Virus record (IMG/VR): IMGVR_UViG_3300045988_175328
Coordinates: 128,001-192,000 of that record
Source of the DNA: a virus
Direction: 5' to 3' (one strand)
Length of the DNA stretch: 64,000 bases
Shown: piece after piece, positions 20,775 to 32,208 of the stretch
How positions within the stretch are numbered: position 1 is the stretch's first letter
How the letters are laid out: every line of letters starts with the position of its first letter
Program-made: the position numbers and the translations under genes
Notes under the pieces: generated by a model
Told to the model about the DNA's origin: nothing
Databases searched by the model: none
What the model saw: only the letters and a program-made list of their open reading frames with translations

Positions 20775-21875
20775 ATGGAATTAATTAAAAACTCTGCATA
20801 TTTTGTTAAGATGCTTGAGCAACTCGATAAAGACTATAAAGATATAGAGGCTTCAATACAATATCAGAATAAATTATACGATAAAAAAATTCAGATTATT
20901 AATGAAGTCAATCAATATAATTCTTCTCTTATCGAAAAAATTACTAAATTAAATCATAAGAATCCGGCGGCGAACGATCTTACGATTAATTCGAATAAGA
21001 TTCTTTTTACAGATACCGATAATATCGTAGAATCTCTTTCTTTGTATTCTTCGTACGGCAACTGTATTCATCCTAAAATAGTCGGCACGTTAAATAATGT
21101 ATTTAATCTTGAAACTTCGATTGGATATATGTTTAAGAATAATGCGACTGTTACGGTTAATGATAAAGAATCTGAAGAATTTACTTCTATCATTAAACAC
21201 GATTCTATTGAAAATAAAGTGCCGTATTTTGAAGTCTATAGTAATAATATTGTGACCGTTAAAATTATTGTTCCCAAGAATAGTCTTATTGGTGAAACTA
21301 CATGCAATATGATCGAGATTTCTCCGTTCCTTCCAGGAGGAGCAATTCTTGAAAATATTTTAATTGAAAGTATGGAAGGCACGGAATATAATAGTCACCA
21401 AACATTAATTAATTACTCTCAACCAATTGAGAATACTCGAATCGTATTAAGTAAAAATTACGCAGTACAAGAAATTACTCTTGTGTTCAGATTAAATTAC
21501 AAGAATAGTCAAGATTTATATCCATTCGGATTAAAGCATGTCTATCTTCTAAATGCAAACCTTGACAAGAATAGCCGTATTGTATTAAAATCTTCTTATA
21601 CGAAACTTCTTAAACAGATCGGTGAACATATCTATTTATCTGATCAGTATTCAGAAAATTTAACGGGAGAATTTAGTAAACATGATACAACATATTCGGC
21701 CGAAAAAATTAAATTGTATTCTCATTTAGCAAACGATAAATTGTTGTTTCCAATTGAGACATACACGAATACATCAATGAAACAGATATCTAGAAACACT
21801 AAAAACTTCTATGCCGACATTCCGATTGATAAATCGATGTATAGCATAGAGTTTAGAGAAATTAAGTTCGTATAA
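20775..21875 (+). CDS. hypothetical protein
   Basis: AAGGAATAATATG context. 366-aa ORF that closes the structural operon. Confidence 0.6.
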   Translation: MELIKNSAYFVKMLEQLDKDYKDIEASIQYQNKLYDKKIQIINEVNQYNSSLIEKITKLNHKNPAANDLTINSNKILFTDTDNIVESLSLYSSYGNCIHPKIVGTLNNVFNLETSIGYMFKNNATVTVNDKESEEFTSIIKHDSIENKVPYFEVYSNNIVTVKIIVPKNSLIGETTCNMIEISPFLPGGAILENILIESMEGTEYNSHQTLINYSQPIENTRIVLSKNYAVQEITLVFRLNYKNSQDLYPFGLKHVYLLNANLDKNSRIVLKSSYTKLLKQIGEHIYLSDQYSENLTGEFSKHDTTYSAEKIKLYSHLANDKLLFPIETYTNTSMKQISRNTKNFYADIPIDKSMYSIEFREIKFV

Positions 21876-21919
21876 CCTAATCATTCTATATTTTTCTGAA
21901 TTGGAGCGAACAGAAGAAA

Positions 21920-22528
21920 ATGGTCGATGCGAAGTGGTATGAACAAAACATTCTCGGGCATTCTACCGAGAAACCATACATAACTGAATATACGATAGAA
22001 TATCTTAAAGATAATGGATTTTCTGAACAAGAGATTATCGAGATCATATCCTCGGTCAAAGGAGAATATGTCTTCTATAAAGACATTCCCGATAATCTTT
22101 ACGGTACTCTCGTTGAAAAAGATAAATACTATTTTCATCCAGAGTTACAAATATTATCAAAGCCACCAGTATTTAATATTAATAATCTGACGGCAGCATC
22201 TCCTAAGTTTTTTAAAGAGATGCGAATACGATATACCGAAGAAGATCTTATCAATTACTTTCATTCAAAAGCTAATCCTAAAATCATACGGACTCCTGGT
22301 CGAGATTTTAAAGCGATTGAATACTTATGCAAAAGATATTCTACTCAACTCATGGAACCAGTAGACTGTATTCTTCATTTAATTGATGATGTCGGTTATA
22401 AGGCACGCGATTTTTTGGACATACAAAACTATGAGTTAATTACACTAGAGCGCATAGATCAAATATATTTAGATTCTGTGCGCTCTAATACTAATAAGAT
22501 AATATATCGGTGGGAACATAATGAATGA
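21920..22528 (+). CDS. hypothetical protein, first gene of the replication module
   Basis: 202-aa ORF that overlaps the DnaB-like gene by 8 nt. I recognise no motif. Confidence 0.5.
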   Translation: MVDAKWYEQNILGHSTEKPYITEYTIEYLKDNGFSEQEIIEIISSVKGEYVFYKDIPDNLYGTLVEKDKYYFHPELQILSKPPVFNINNLTAASPKFFKEMRIRYTEEDLINYFHSKANPKIIRTPGRDFKAIEYLCKRYSTQLMEPVDCILHLIDDVGYKARDFLDIQNYELITLERIDQIYLDSVRSNTNKIIYRWEHNE

Positions 22529-23534
22529 TTTTTTTAAAGAGGCTTTCGACATATTCCAGGAGTATGAAGTAGAAAGCAATAAAGACCATGAAGTAGGATA
22601 TGATACAGATAACTTCAAGAACTTTAATCAGAACTTAGATGGTTTATCTAAAGGATTATATATATTTGCTGGTGAGTCTAACTGCGGGAAAACAGCAGTT
22701 ATGACGAATCTACTACAAGATTTTGGCGTTCAAACTAAGAACAAATTATTTTCGATTTATTATACTCTCGATGATACGACGAACGAGGTTATTCCTCGAA
22801 TCATCGCAATGAATCAGAAAATACCGATTTCAGTTTGCGCTAAACCAAAACGATATGAAGCATTACTTGAAGTTACAGCACAAAATCCACAAGAGATGAT
22901 GTATCAAGAAGAGATACGTAAACATCTCGAACTGAGGAAACAAGGGATTCAATTATTACAACAACGTTCTAATCAGTTTATGATTACAGACGGCACTCGT
23001 GTTAATACATTTGAAGATATTGTCGAGCATGCTAAACGAGCTCAAGAGTTCGTTAAATCTATCGATCTAGAAAATAATATTATGATCGGGATCGATTCTA
23101 TATCTGATATTAAGTTTAAGAATCGTACTTTTAAGCAACCGCAAGAAAGACACGAAGCTTTATCAGAGTCATTGAAACAATTAGCAAATACAGAATTACA
23201 AATACCGGTATTTGGAACTTGTCATCTAAGAAAATTAAATCATGCAGGGAGACCTGTTCTTGATGACTTAAAAGAAACAGGTCGATATCAGTATGATGCC
23301 AGCGTTGTTTTCCTAACACATAATGATGTCAGTAAAAACAAGAATGCTGCTAAAATATTCTATACCAACGAAGAAAGCGAATTTATCCAGCCAGTCATTG
23401 AACTAGATTGGGCTAAGAATAAACGTAGCGAATTTAAAGGCCGCAGCTTTTATTATTTCGTTCCGAAATATTCTTATGTACAAGAATGCGTTTCTTCAGA
23501 CATAGAAAGATTCAATAATATAATTAAGGGGTGA
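22521..23534 (+). CDS. DnaB-family replicative helicase-like ATPase (C-terminal RecA-type domain only)
   Basis: Walker A GESNCGKTAVMTN, Walker B-like IMIGIDSISDI, TCHLRK (cf. DnaB sQLsR) and DLKETGRYQYDASVVFL (cf. DnaB LRESGSIEQDADVV). Confidence 0.7.
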   Translation: MNDFFKEAFDIFQEYEVESNKDHEVGYDTDNFKNFNQNLDGLSKGLYIFAGESNCGKTAVMTNLLQDFGVQTKNKLFSIYYTLDDTTNEVIPRIIAMNQKIPISVCAKPKRYEALLEVTAQNPQEMMYQEEIRKHLELRKQGIQLLQQRSNQFMITDGTRVNTFEDIVEHAKRAQEFVKSIDLENNIMIGIDSISDIKFKNRTFKQPQERHEALSESLKQLANTELQIPVFGTCHLRKLNHAGRPVLDDLKETGRYQYDASVVFLTHNDVSKNKNAAKIFYTNEESEFIQPVIELDWAKNKRSEFKGRSFYYFVPKYSYVQECVSSDIERFNNIIKG

Positions 23535-23540
23535 TACATA

Positions 23541-24011
23541 ATGGATGATGAAAAATTAGCTGTAAAAGATATTAATTTTCTCGACGAAGCTTTTAAAATT
23601 TTAGAAAGCAAAATTCATTTTGAGGAAACAGAATTTAGTAAACTTTGGTTTAAAGTAATTAATACATTAGTCGATGCTCATTTTGAAGGGAATCCTTCGA
23701 TTAAACGAATTTTAACATTAGCTGCGAAACACTATCAAACTATTGTTAAAGAACATGAATCATACTTAGATTTATTTAAAGTGCGTGAGTTTTTTAAGAC
23801 TCAAGAGTATGATCTCGAAGAATATAGTTGGCGAAAAGATACAGTTAAAGATTACATTAAAGACTTCCAAGATAAAATTTGTCAAGCTGTCGAAGGCATT
23901 GAAGGTGCCAATAGTGAAGTTCCATTACTTCGACCAAGCTTAAATAGCCCAGGATCTTTATTCTCTGACGCCTATCTTTTAACGAAAGGCCTTTTACGTG
24001 AAGATCTATAG
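23541..24011 (+). CDS. hypothetical protein
   Basis: 156-aa ORF; AAGGGGTGATACATAATG context. Confidence 0.5.
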   Translation: MDDEKLAVKDINFLDEAFKILESKIHFEETEFSKLWFKVINTLVDAHFEGNPSIKRILTLAAKHYQTIVKEHESYLDLFKVREFFKTQEYDLEEYSWRKDTVKDYIKDFQDKICQAVEGIEGANSEVPLLRPSLNSPGSLFSDAYLLTKGLLREDL

Positions 24012-24699
24012 AGATGAAGAAATACTAGACTATCTTAATAGTCCATGGTATTACTTCATGAAGTATAAAACAGATGTTGTTACATATCAGCAAGAGTTAT
24101 CCGAAGCAGTCGAAGAGATTGCTGAAGATTTTCTTGAAAAAATCGCCCAACGTAGAATCATGACGAAGGGCGATTATGTTAATAGCATTAATAAAAAATT
24201 AGAACAGTTTTATAAAGATATTCCGAATACTGATATCTTAAAAGCAATTAAGTATCTTAATGATCTTTATGATTATGCCGAATCTAAAAAGTTGCATGTT
24301 GTAGATTATGGAAAACGAGTTACTTTAGATTTTAATGGAACTCAAGTTGTTGTTAAAATTGGAGCTATCGTAAAGAACAAAGATAGTTTCTATCTATTCA
24401 TTCCAAAATACAGTACGCGATTCAACCAAATGCGATCTGATTTCGATATCGCATTAACATTACAATGGCGTGCTATTTCTGAAGCATATGAAGAATACAT
24501 TCTTGGTATTAAATGCTTCACACCAAAAAATAAAGATAAGACAATTACGTTTCGAGATTTGTCTTCGATTAAACGATTAAACTTTATCGTTACCAATGTC
24601 ATCAAAGGGATCGAACATGAAGTGTTCTTCCCAGTTCGTGAAGAATCGAGTAAGAATCGACGAATGCTAGATGTAACGGAACGATACATTGGAGGTTAA
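23998..24699 (+). CDS. hypothetical protein (start uncertain, GTG in ORF track)
   Basis: 233-aa ORF in the operon. There is no in-frame ATG near the upstream stop. Confidence 0.45.
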   Translation: MKIYRDEEILDYLNSPWYYFMKYKTDVVTYQQELSEAVEEIAEDFLEKIAQRRIMTKGDYVNSINKKLEQFYKDIPNTDILKAIKYLNDLYDYAESKKLHVVDYGKRVTLDFNGTQVVVKIGAIVKNKDSFYLFIPKYSTRFNQMRSDFDIALTLQWRAISEAYEEYILGIKCFTPKNKDKTITFRDLSSIKRLNFIVTNVIKGIEHEVFFPVREESSKNRRMLDVTERYIGG

Positions 24700-24700
24700 T

Positions 24701-25234
24701 ATGGCAACGAAAAAAGTTTATGAAATCGATGGATGCAAATATAAAACTAAAGCTTTAAAGGATACTCATGAAGAATGGACAGCTTTAAAGAAAAAGAAAT
24801 TAATTAAATCTTTTGAATTACCGCAGATTAAAGATAAGTCTAAACGCGGCCGATTCTTTGCATATAAACCTATCGTTAACGATATTAAATTTGATAGTTT
24901 AATGGAAGCTAAATACTATATTTATCTTCTTCAAGAGAAGAAAAAGAAAAATGTTGTCGACTTCCATATGCAAGTCAAATATGAGTTACAACCGGGATTT
25001 AAAAAGAATGATAAAAAAATTCAAGCAATTAATTATATTGCTGACTTTGTCGTATATTATCCGAAGAAAAAAATTCGAGTTATCGACATCAAAGGCAGAA
25101 CTACTGTAGATTTCTTACTTAAGAAAAAGATGTTCGATTACAAATTCGAAGATTTAACGTTGGAATGTATTCAATACTATGAGGATGAATGGTTATCTCT
25201 TGATGAGATAAAGAAACGAAAGAAAAAGAAATAG
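24701..25234 (+). CDS. DUF1064-type PD-(D/E)xK nuclease-like protein
   Basis: GGAGG lies 6 nt before ATG 24701; the track's TTG at 24689 is rejected. The pattern FDSLMEAKYYIYLLQEKKK...VVDFHMQVKYELQ...INYIADFVVYY...IRVIDIKG matches the DUF1064 layout (S..E...y..L ... y..DF.v ... vv.E.KG). Confidence 0.5.
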   Translation: MATKKVYEIDGCKYKTKALKDTHEEWTALKKKKLIKSFELPQIKDKSKRGRFFAYKPIVNDIKFDSLMEAKYYIYLLQEKKKKNVVDFHMQVKYELQPGFKKNDKKIQAINYIADFVVYYPKKKIRVIDIKGRTTVDFLLKKKMFDYKFEDLTLECIQYYEDEWLSLDEIKKRKKKK

Positions 25235-26242
25235 ATGCAAGTTAATGAAGAAAAAGATTTATTACTCGATTTAGATTTCGAAGAGAAAGAAGAAGGTACC
25301 TGGGATATTATTAAGGAAGATATCCCGGAAGAACGAGAAGATCTTTCAGAAGAAGATATTAATCGATTCCTAGATGGACAAAAAGAATCTTGGGAAATTA
25401 TCGAAGAAATGGTATTAGAATGCCAGAATCCTAAAACTTCACAAACCCGCCGAAATGATTTGATCGAAGAGTTAATTATACGCTTCGATCCTTTTTTGCA
25501 AATGTTTAGGGACTGTATATTCGATGATAAAACGTATTTAAATAATAAAGTGTCGCGTGAATTTATTTCATTATATATTCCTGATAAGACTTTGCGATAC
25601 AAAGTACTAAAGAGTACTCATCTTCCAAAAGATGATTTTAACGAAGTGAATCGCTGCTTGTCATTGTTTCGCATGACATACGGAAAGCGTATGGAACATT
25701 ATAATGATGTCAATTATGTATTCTCTACACTTGTCATGAAGTACAAACAAACAAATCGTAGCTTTAATGCATACGTTACATATGTGTTTAAATACGAGAT
25801 GTTTAGAATGATTCAGCAATATTTAAGGGATCGTATTAATAATAATCTTGATCGCCGAGATCAAGAAGCTATTGCAATTAAAAATCAGATTGCTCGTCAA
25901 TTGATGGCATACGATTACGACGAATATATCGTATCCGATGACGATGGCAATTTTACAGAGAATTGGTATAAAGGATTAGTTTGTTCAGAAGATTTCCGTC
26001 AATTAACTGAATTAGAACGAAGATTTTTAGTCGATTACTTCTACCATCAGAAGTATATATTTGAAATTCTAAAAGAATATAAATTAAGCCAAGAAGAGTT
26101 TAACAAGCTTCGTGAAGATGCTTGTTCTAAAATCGAAGATATCATCGGGCGTAAAATCCCGTTGTGGAGATATAAGCGCAATAAAAAACCATATGCAATA
26201 AATCGAGATCGCGAACGATACGTTCCGAATCTTCAAGATTAG
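25235..26242 (+). CDS. sigma-70-like transcription factor candidate
   Basis: Acidic N-terminus. Region-2-like DLIEELIIRFDPFLQMF and FNAYVTYVFKYEMFRMIQQY. Region-4-like HTH LTELERRFLVDYFYHQKYIFEILKEYKLSQEEFNKLREDACSKI. Confidence 0.35.
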   Translation: MQVNEEKDLLLDLDFEEKEEGTWDIIKEDIPEEREDLSEEDINRFLDGQKESWEIIEEMVLECQNPKTSQTRRNDLIEELIIRFDPFLQMFRDCIFDDKTYLNNKVSREFISLYIPDKTLRYKVLKSTHLPKDDFNEVNRCLSLFRMTYGKRMEHYNDVNYVFSTLVMKYKQTNRSFNAYVTYVFKYEMFRMIQQYLRDRINNNLDRRDQEAIAIKNQIARQLMAYDYDEYIVSDDDGNFTENWYKGLVCSEDFRQLTELERRFLVDYFYHQKYIFEILKEYKLSQEEFNKLREDACSKIEDIIGRKIPLWRYKRNKKPYAINRDRERYVPNLQD

Positions 26243-26244
26243 AA

Positions 26245-26274
26245 AAGACGGGTCAACAGCCCGTCTTTCTTATT
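26245..26274 (+). terminator. rho-independent terminator
   Basis: AAGACGGG (26245-26252) / CCCGTCTT (26260-26267) stem, then TCTTATT. Confidence 0.65.
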
Positions 26275-26344
26275 GTCTTTAATTAAACTATTTGATATAA
26301 TATCCATATATGTTTTTATTTTTTTAAACAAAACGGAGGTCTAT

Positions 26345-26809
26345 ATGCTGTACCTAATAGTCGCTAAATCTAAGAATAATGTAATTGGGAAAGACAATGA
26401 AATACCTTGGAAATCAAAAGAAGATATGACTTGGTTTCGACTGGTCACTGAAGGCCATCCTGTATTTATGGGATATAATACGTTTTTATCGATTGGCCAT
26501 TCTTTACCGAAACGTACGAATTATTTATTAAAGACTCCAGAGACAAAAGAGCAGCGAGAAATCCAAATCTATATCGAGGATCAAATCGAAGAACTTATTA
26601 AAGATCCCGGCAAAATTATTTTTTGTATTGGTGGCGCTAGTACATATGAAAAATATATCAATCGCGCCTCCAAACTTTTTGTTACCGAGATACAAGAAGA
26701 AGTAACTGGTGATACATTCTTCCCAGAGATTCCAGAGAATTTTGTCGAAAAGATATCGATGAGAACACAAGAGGAAGGATTGAAGATTACAATATATGAA
26801 TCTAAGTAA
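26345..26809 (+). CDS. folA: dihydrofolate reductase
   Basis: ACGGAGG SD before ATG 26345. MLYLIVAKSKNNVIGKDNEIPWKSKEDMTWFRLVTEGHPVFMGYNTFLSIGHSLPKRTNYLL is a classic DHFR N-terminal signature (IG..n.lPW...D...F...T....viMGr.Tf.Si...LP.R.n.vl). Confidence 0.85.
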   Translation: MLYLIVAKSKNNVIGKDNEIPWKSKEDMTWFRLVTEGHPVFMGYNTFLSIGHSLPKRTNYLLKTPETKEQREIQIYIEDQIEELIKDPGKIIFCIGGASTYEKYINRASKLFVTEIQEEVTGDTFFPEIPENFVEKISMRTQEEGLKITIYESK

Positions 26810-28424
26810 AATACAAGATAATAGAATTTTTAAAGAAATTGTTTCTTTAAAAGAGATTACTGAAGAAAATATTAAACAAATTTTTATTGATCAGTCTTGG
26901 ATATACAAATTACCTGAGATACCAGGCATAAAGAAGGCTGCTAAAGAATTTATAAAACATTACAAAGCGGGCCGCGATATTTATGTTTATGCCGACTATG
27001 ATGTAGATGGAATGACATCTGGAACGATCATGAAGAAATTTCTTGAAAATATTTGTGAAAAAAGTAGTGTCTATTTTCCAGAACGAACTGATGGTTATGG
27101 ACTTTCAAAAGTATTTATCGAAGACTTATCGTTTCGATATTCAGAAAATATGCCATTGGTTATCACTGTCGATAATGGGATTACAAAAGTTGAAGAAGCA
27201 AATCTTTGTAAACAATATAAGATTCCATTAATCATTACAGACCATCATTTGCCGCAAGATGAATTGCCTAATGCTACTCTCTTAGATCCTCATTTGTATG
27301 AAGGAGACCATTGGTCTAAAGCATTGTGCGGAGCTGGAGTCGCTTACTTCTTCTGCCGAGAAATAGAAAATCAACTTAACTTAAATCATAAGATTACCGA
27401 CAGACTTCTTTATCTAGTTGCTATTGGAACTATTTCCGATATCATGAAGCAGACTATCGTAAATCAAGCAATTGTAAGAAAAGGGTTTGAACAAATTAAT
27501 CAACGGAATATTCCAGCTACATTAATTGAATTACTTAAACTTAATTCTATATACAATATCACTTCAGAACATATCCTTTGGGAGATCGCTCCGCGTCTTA
27601 ATGCATGTAGCCGAATGGGAAACATCAAACAAAGTTTGACACTCTTTAATTATAACAAAGACCCGTTAGATGAAATCCTTAAGATCGACACATTAAATAA
27701 AGAACGTAAAGCATTAACTAAAGAATATGAAGAAAAAGTTTTACAAACCGTAATTAATAATGGAGCAATCGCTGTTTCAATTCTCGACACAATCCCAATC
27801 GGTATTGTCGGCATTCTTGCTGGAAAATTACAAGACCATACTGGATTGCCTTCGTTTGTCGGCACAATACACAATGCTGTATATCACGGATCAGCACGTA
27901 GTAATTACATATCTTTAAAATATTTACTTGAAGGAAATGCTTCAGTCATTGGGTTTGGGGGACATGCTTCGGCATGCGGGTTCAATATCGATGCAGCTCA
28001 ATTAGATTTATTCTTTGAAGAAACTCTTAATAGAATTACTAAATTTATTGAGGAATATGGAGATCAATCTCAAGAACAAGTTGAATATAATGAATTAATT
28101 ACAATTGCTCTTAAAGATATTTCAAAAGAAACATATGAAGCATTTTATTCTTTTTCATACGATCCAATCTATTTTACAAAACCAATTCTTTGTATTAAAG
28201 ATTTAGAGGTTGTTGCTATTAGCCACAGTAAAAATAATTACGAAAATGTGAAATACTCTTTATCTGATGGCGTTTTACAGAAAGATATTTGGGGTTGGAA
28301 TGCGAATCGGTTTGGAATTAATCGTGGTGATTATGTCACATTATATGGTGATATATCTGAAGATTTTATGAAACCGGGTCGATACACTTTAAATATTAAA
28401 TACATAGAAAGAAAGGTTGTTTAA
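26796..28424 (+). CDS. recJ: RecJ-like DHH-family single-strand DNA exonuclease
   Basis: DHH motifs IYVYADYDVDGMTSG, ITVDNGI and IITDHHLP; GGHASACGF in the DHHA1-like part. Confidence 0.8.
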   Translation: MNLSKIQDNRIFKEIVSLKEITEENIKQIFIDQSWIYKLPEIPGIKKAAKEFIKHYKAGRDIYVYADYDVDGMTSGTIMKKFLENICEKSSVYFPERTDGYGLSKVFIEDLSFRYSENMPLVITVDNGITKVEEANLCKQYKIPLIITDHHLPQDELPNATLLDPHLYEGDHWSKALCGAGVAYFFCREIENQLNLNHKITDRLLYLVAIGTISDIMKQTIVNQAIVRKGFEQINQRNIPATLIELLKLNSIYNITSEHILWEIAPRLNACSRMGNIKQSLTLFNYNKDPLDEILKIDTLNKERKALTKEYEEKVLQTVINNGAIAVSILDTIPIGIVGILAGKLQDHTGLPSFVGTIHNAVYHGSARSNYISLKYLLEGNASVIGFGGHASACGFNIDAAQLDLFFEETLNRITKFIEEYGDQSQEQVEYNELITIALKDISKETYEAFYSFSYDPIYFTKPILCIKDLEVVAISHSKNNYENVKYSLSDGVLQKDIWGWNANRFGINRGDYVTLYGDISEDFMKPGRYTLNIKYIERKVV

Positions 28425-28430
28425 TATTCA

Positions 28431-31400
28431 ATGTTCACACACTTGCATGTGCATACAGAATATAGCTTACTCGATGGCTATTGTCATATTGAAAAGTTAG
28501 TCGCAAGAGCTAAAGAGCTCGGCATGACTCATCTTGCAATTACTGATCATAACCATCTTGGCGGCATTATTAAGTTCCAAGATGTTTGTTTAAAAAACAA
28601 CATAACTCCTATATTAGGATATGAAGCCTACCAAACTTGGAATATGAGAGAGCTTGCTAAACCATTAGAAGATCGGCGAAAAGCTGCTCTACAAAAAGCT
28701 CTCGATGAAGGTGCTTTAACGGAAGATGAAGTTAATTTTTTTCTGAAGAAGAAAGTTAAAGTTAAAAAAACTAAGACTGAGATTAAAAATATTTCAGATA
28801 AATATATGTATGACTCGAAGCAATATCATTTAATATTGCTTGCTTATAATCAAACAGGGCTTAATAATTTAATTAAGTTACAGTCTGAATCCGCTAGAGA
28901 TTGTACATACAATGGCCGCTTTTTACTTGACTTTAATTTGTTAAAAAAATATAACGAAGGAATTATTTGCACTACTGCTTGCGTTGGCAGCATGCCTGCT
29001 CAATTAGTCTGGAAAGATAATTATAAAATTGCCGAAGCCGTTATCTTAAAATACAAAGAAATCTTTGGCGATCGATTCTATCTTGAAGTCCAAGACAATC
29101 AAGTCGAGATTCAGAATAAAGTTAATAACTTCTATATCGAGATGAGCGAAAAACATGGTATTGAATTAGTCGCTACTTCTGATGTCCATTATGTTCTTAA
29201 GGAAGATCATTATGATCATGATGTGTTAGTATCGATCGGGACTGGTTCTAAGATAACTGACCCTACACGTATGCGATACGATAATAACTTTTGGCTCAAA
29301 TCCGAAGAAGAAATGGTTAAAGGTTTTGAAATGCTTGTTCGCATATTTGGTGGGAAAATGGATCCGTATCTTAAGGCTATCGAAAATACAAATAAGATTG
29401 CTTCGATGGTCGGTTCTTTTTCGATTGGCAGTAAAAAACCATTAATGCCGAAGGTTCCAGGAATAGCTGGTGATACAAATCGTATTCTTCGAGACAAAGC
29501 CTTCCGTGGACTGTATGAGCTTGCTAAAACTCGTGATAATATTCGTGAAAATATTCATGAGTATGAAAAGCGATTAAGTTATGAGTTAAATATAATTAAC
29601 TATAAAGGCTTTGCCGATTATATGTTAATTGTTGAAGAATTTATTCGTTGGTCTGCCGAGAATGGTATCATGACAGGATCTGGTCGTGGATGCTCAACAG
29701 CCGGCACTTCTATTCTCTTAAATAACGGTGATATTAAGCCCATAGAGAACGTTAAAATTGGAGATAAGGTATTTACACATACAGGTATCGTTAAGCCCGT
29801 CAAAAACGTTTTTAACTATGATATCGAGGAAGACCTATATCGTATTAAAGCTGGCTCTAACGATGAGATGACATATACTGGCGACCATAAATTTTTTGTT
29901 GCAACAAAAGATAACAGTGTTCCACACTGGAAACCTATTTCTGAATTAAATGTTGGCGATAGCTTGTTAATGCCTAAGCTTAAAATTAAAGTTGATGATA
30001 CTCAAGTTATGACGTATCTTACTGAGCTTCATTCGGATTTTAATGAACGACGTGGTTTAACATATCCGACTAAAAAGATTAGAGCTAGTCATAAAGCATA
30101 TCCTTCTAAATTTTACTGGTCAAAAGATTTCATTAAGCTTTTAGGATATATTGTTTCTTCAGGATACATCCGGAATATTCGTTCCGAAGGAAAGCAGAAT
30201 TATGAAATAGCTGTATCATTTCTATCAGAAGATTCTGTTCAGGCTCAAGAGTATATAAGTCTTTGTAAAGCAGTATTTGATGAATCTCCTGTCGCAAGAA
30301 AATCAGACAATAAAAAAAGAATTGTTCTTTCAATTCAAAGTAAAGTATTAGCTGTATTTATTTCTTCGTTGATATATAATAGCGATTCTGAATTCGATCG
30401 ATTCGACAAACGAATTCCTAAACGAATTTTCACAATGAGTGATGATTTTAAAAAAGCTTTTTTGCAGCCTTTTTTTACTGGTATTAAAGGATTTCCGTTT
30501 GTAGTCGATGGTAAAACTAAAATACAAATTAGTCTCACGAATAAAAATCTGGCGCATCAATTAGTTACTTTACTTAACTTAATGGGCATCCATTCTAGAA
30601 TTGTTAGTCGGCTTTATGATACTAAATTAAATTTGTATGAATACAAAGTATCGATTGCTAAAGAATCGTATCCCGAGTTTTATGCTTTAATGGGCGTCTA
30701 TTTAACTTATAAAGAGGGATATAAACCATCAAATTATAAAACATATGCAGATTATTATGAAGTTACCATTCGAGAGTTAACAAAGTTACCTAATGTAAAA
30801 ACAAAAGTATACGATATCGAAGTCGAAAAAGACCATTCTTATATCGGAAACTTAAGTGCTGTTCATAACAGTGCCAGCGGAAGTTTAGTACTCCTCTGTA
30901 TCGGAGCAACTAAGAATATCGACCCAATAGAACATGGCTTATTGTTCGGGCGTTTCTTAACAATCGATAGAACCGGTCTTCCCGATATAGATTCAGATAT
31001 AAGTTACACTGGCCGAGAAAAAGTAATCCATCATTTAAAAGAAACTTACGGCACAAGCGCTGTTTCCCATATCGGAACTTATTCAGAGATGGGTGTAAAG
31101 TCTGGGATTAAAGATGTGTGTCGGGTACTTGGAATCGATTTCTTAGAATCGAATATGATCTCGAAAGAGATCGATTTAATTGAAGCTGTTCCGCCGCAAC
31201 CTAAGTTTAAACACTTTGATGCACTAAAGAATAGCACTAACCCAACAGAACAATCAATGTGGAGACGCTTCGATAATCTCGAAAAAAAATATCCAGAAGT
31301 ATTCAGGCTCGCTCGAAACTTCGAAGGATTAAAACGAGGTTTTGGAGTTCATGCTAGTGGCATCTTGGTTATGCCATGTGAAGTAACAGATTATTTCCCG

Positions 31401-31925
31401 ACACGTGTCGATGACTTTGGTGTCAGCATTTGTTTGTTTACTGGGGTAGAAGTCGAAGCAAAGAATGCTGTTAAGCTTGATGTGCTAGGATTAAAAACCT
31501 TAAGTATCATAGAAGATACGCTAAAGAATTTAAATAAAACTATCGACTGGCTTTATGAAGTTGCTAATATTGAAGATCATAACATATATGAGATGATTGC
31601 CAATTCGGAAACAGATTGTGTATTCCAATTAGAATCAGATATGTTTAAAGATATGATGAAATATTTGCAGCCAACAGACTTTCAAGATATCGTCGCCGCT
31701 ACTTCATTAGGTAGACCAGGACCATTAAGCCAAGGCATGGATAAAGATTATTCGCATCGGAAACATGGTCGAGAAGAAATAAGTTTTATTCTGCCGCGGA
31801 TTGAAAATATATTAGATAGAACCTACGGCGTCATCTGCTATCAGGAACAGCTAATGGCCATATCAAAGCAAGTTAGTGGCTTTGATGATAATCAGGCAGA
31901 TAGTATCTCGAGAAAAATTATTGCT
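28431..31925 (+). CDS. dnaE: DNA polymerase III alpha subunit (DnaE), exon 1, includes an intein
   Basis: PHP motif FTHLHVHTEYSLLDG. GSGRG|(intein)|SASGSLVLLCIGATKNIDP matches GPGRGSAAGSLV..L.IT.IDP. Catalytic PDIDSDIS. The exon ends ...SRKIIA (cf. LRRAMGKKK), with a T before the TAATAATAGG intron start. Confidence 0.9.
29691..30869 (+). mobile_element. intein (393 aa) in DnaE with a degenerate LAGLIDADG-type endonuclease domain
   Basis: It starts at Cys (CSTAGTSILLNNGDIKPIENVKIGDKV). Block B is MTYTGDHKFFV. It ends ...VYDIEVEKDHSYIGNLSAVHN followed by +1 Ser. Removing it restores the conserved GRG-SASGSLV motif. The LAGLIDADG-like LLGYIVSSGY lacks the acidic residue. Confidence 0.85.
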
Positions 31926-32208
31926 TAATAATAGGCCTCCTATAAAGTAATTTATAGTGAGCATCGTGTGAACTCCAAAATGGAGGTGTTTGATTTAGAT
32001 CAAGCTAACGGTAAAAACCTAAGTCTATTTAGATATGGAAATACCGTGCCAAGCCTCATGTTGAGGAAGGTGTAACGACTATGGATGATGAGTGTAATCC
32101 AGTAGAGGAACCAAGGTGAAAGACCAAATTCGAAGCGCACGACAACCATTTTGGTTGAAGAGATAGTCTACTCCCCTAAGAAATATCGGGAAACCGAGGG
32201 TATCAAGG
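31926..32208 (+). mobile_element. group I intron 1 in dnaE (283 nt, ORF-less)
   Basis: It starts TAATAATAGG after exon T31925. R-like GGTGTAACGACTATGG and S-like GAAGAGATAGTCT are present. It ends at G32208. Splicing gives SRKIIA|KKKQELMPML, matching the conserved ...GKKK.EEM of DnaE. Confidence 0.8.

Noticed and set aside
26273-26344. TTG-initiated N-terminal extension of the DHFR ORF
   Set aside because: It overlaps the upstream terminator. ATG 26345 has a proper ACGGAGG SD and begins exactly at the conserved DHFR N-terminus.
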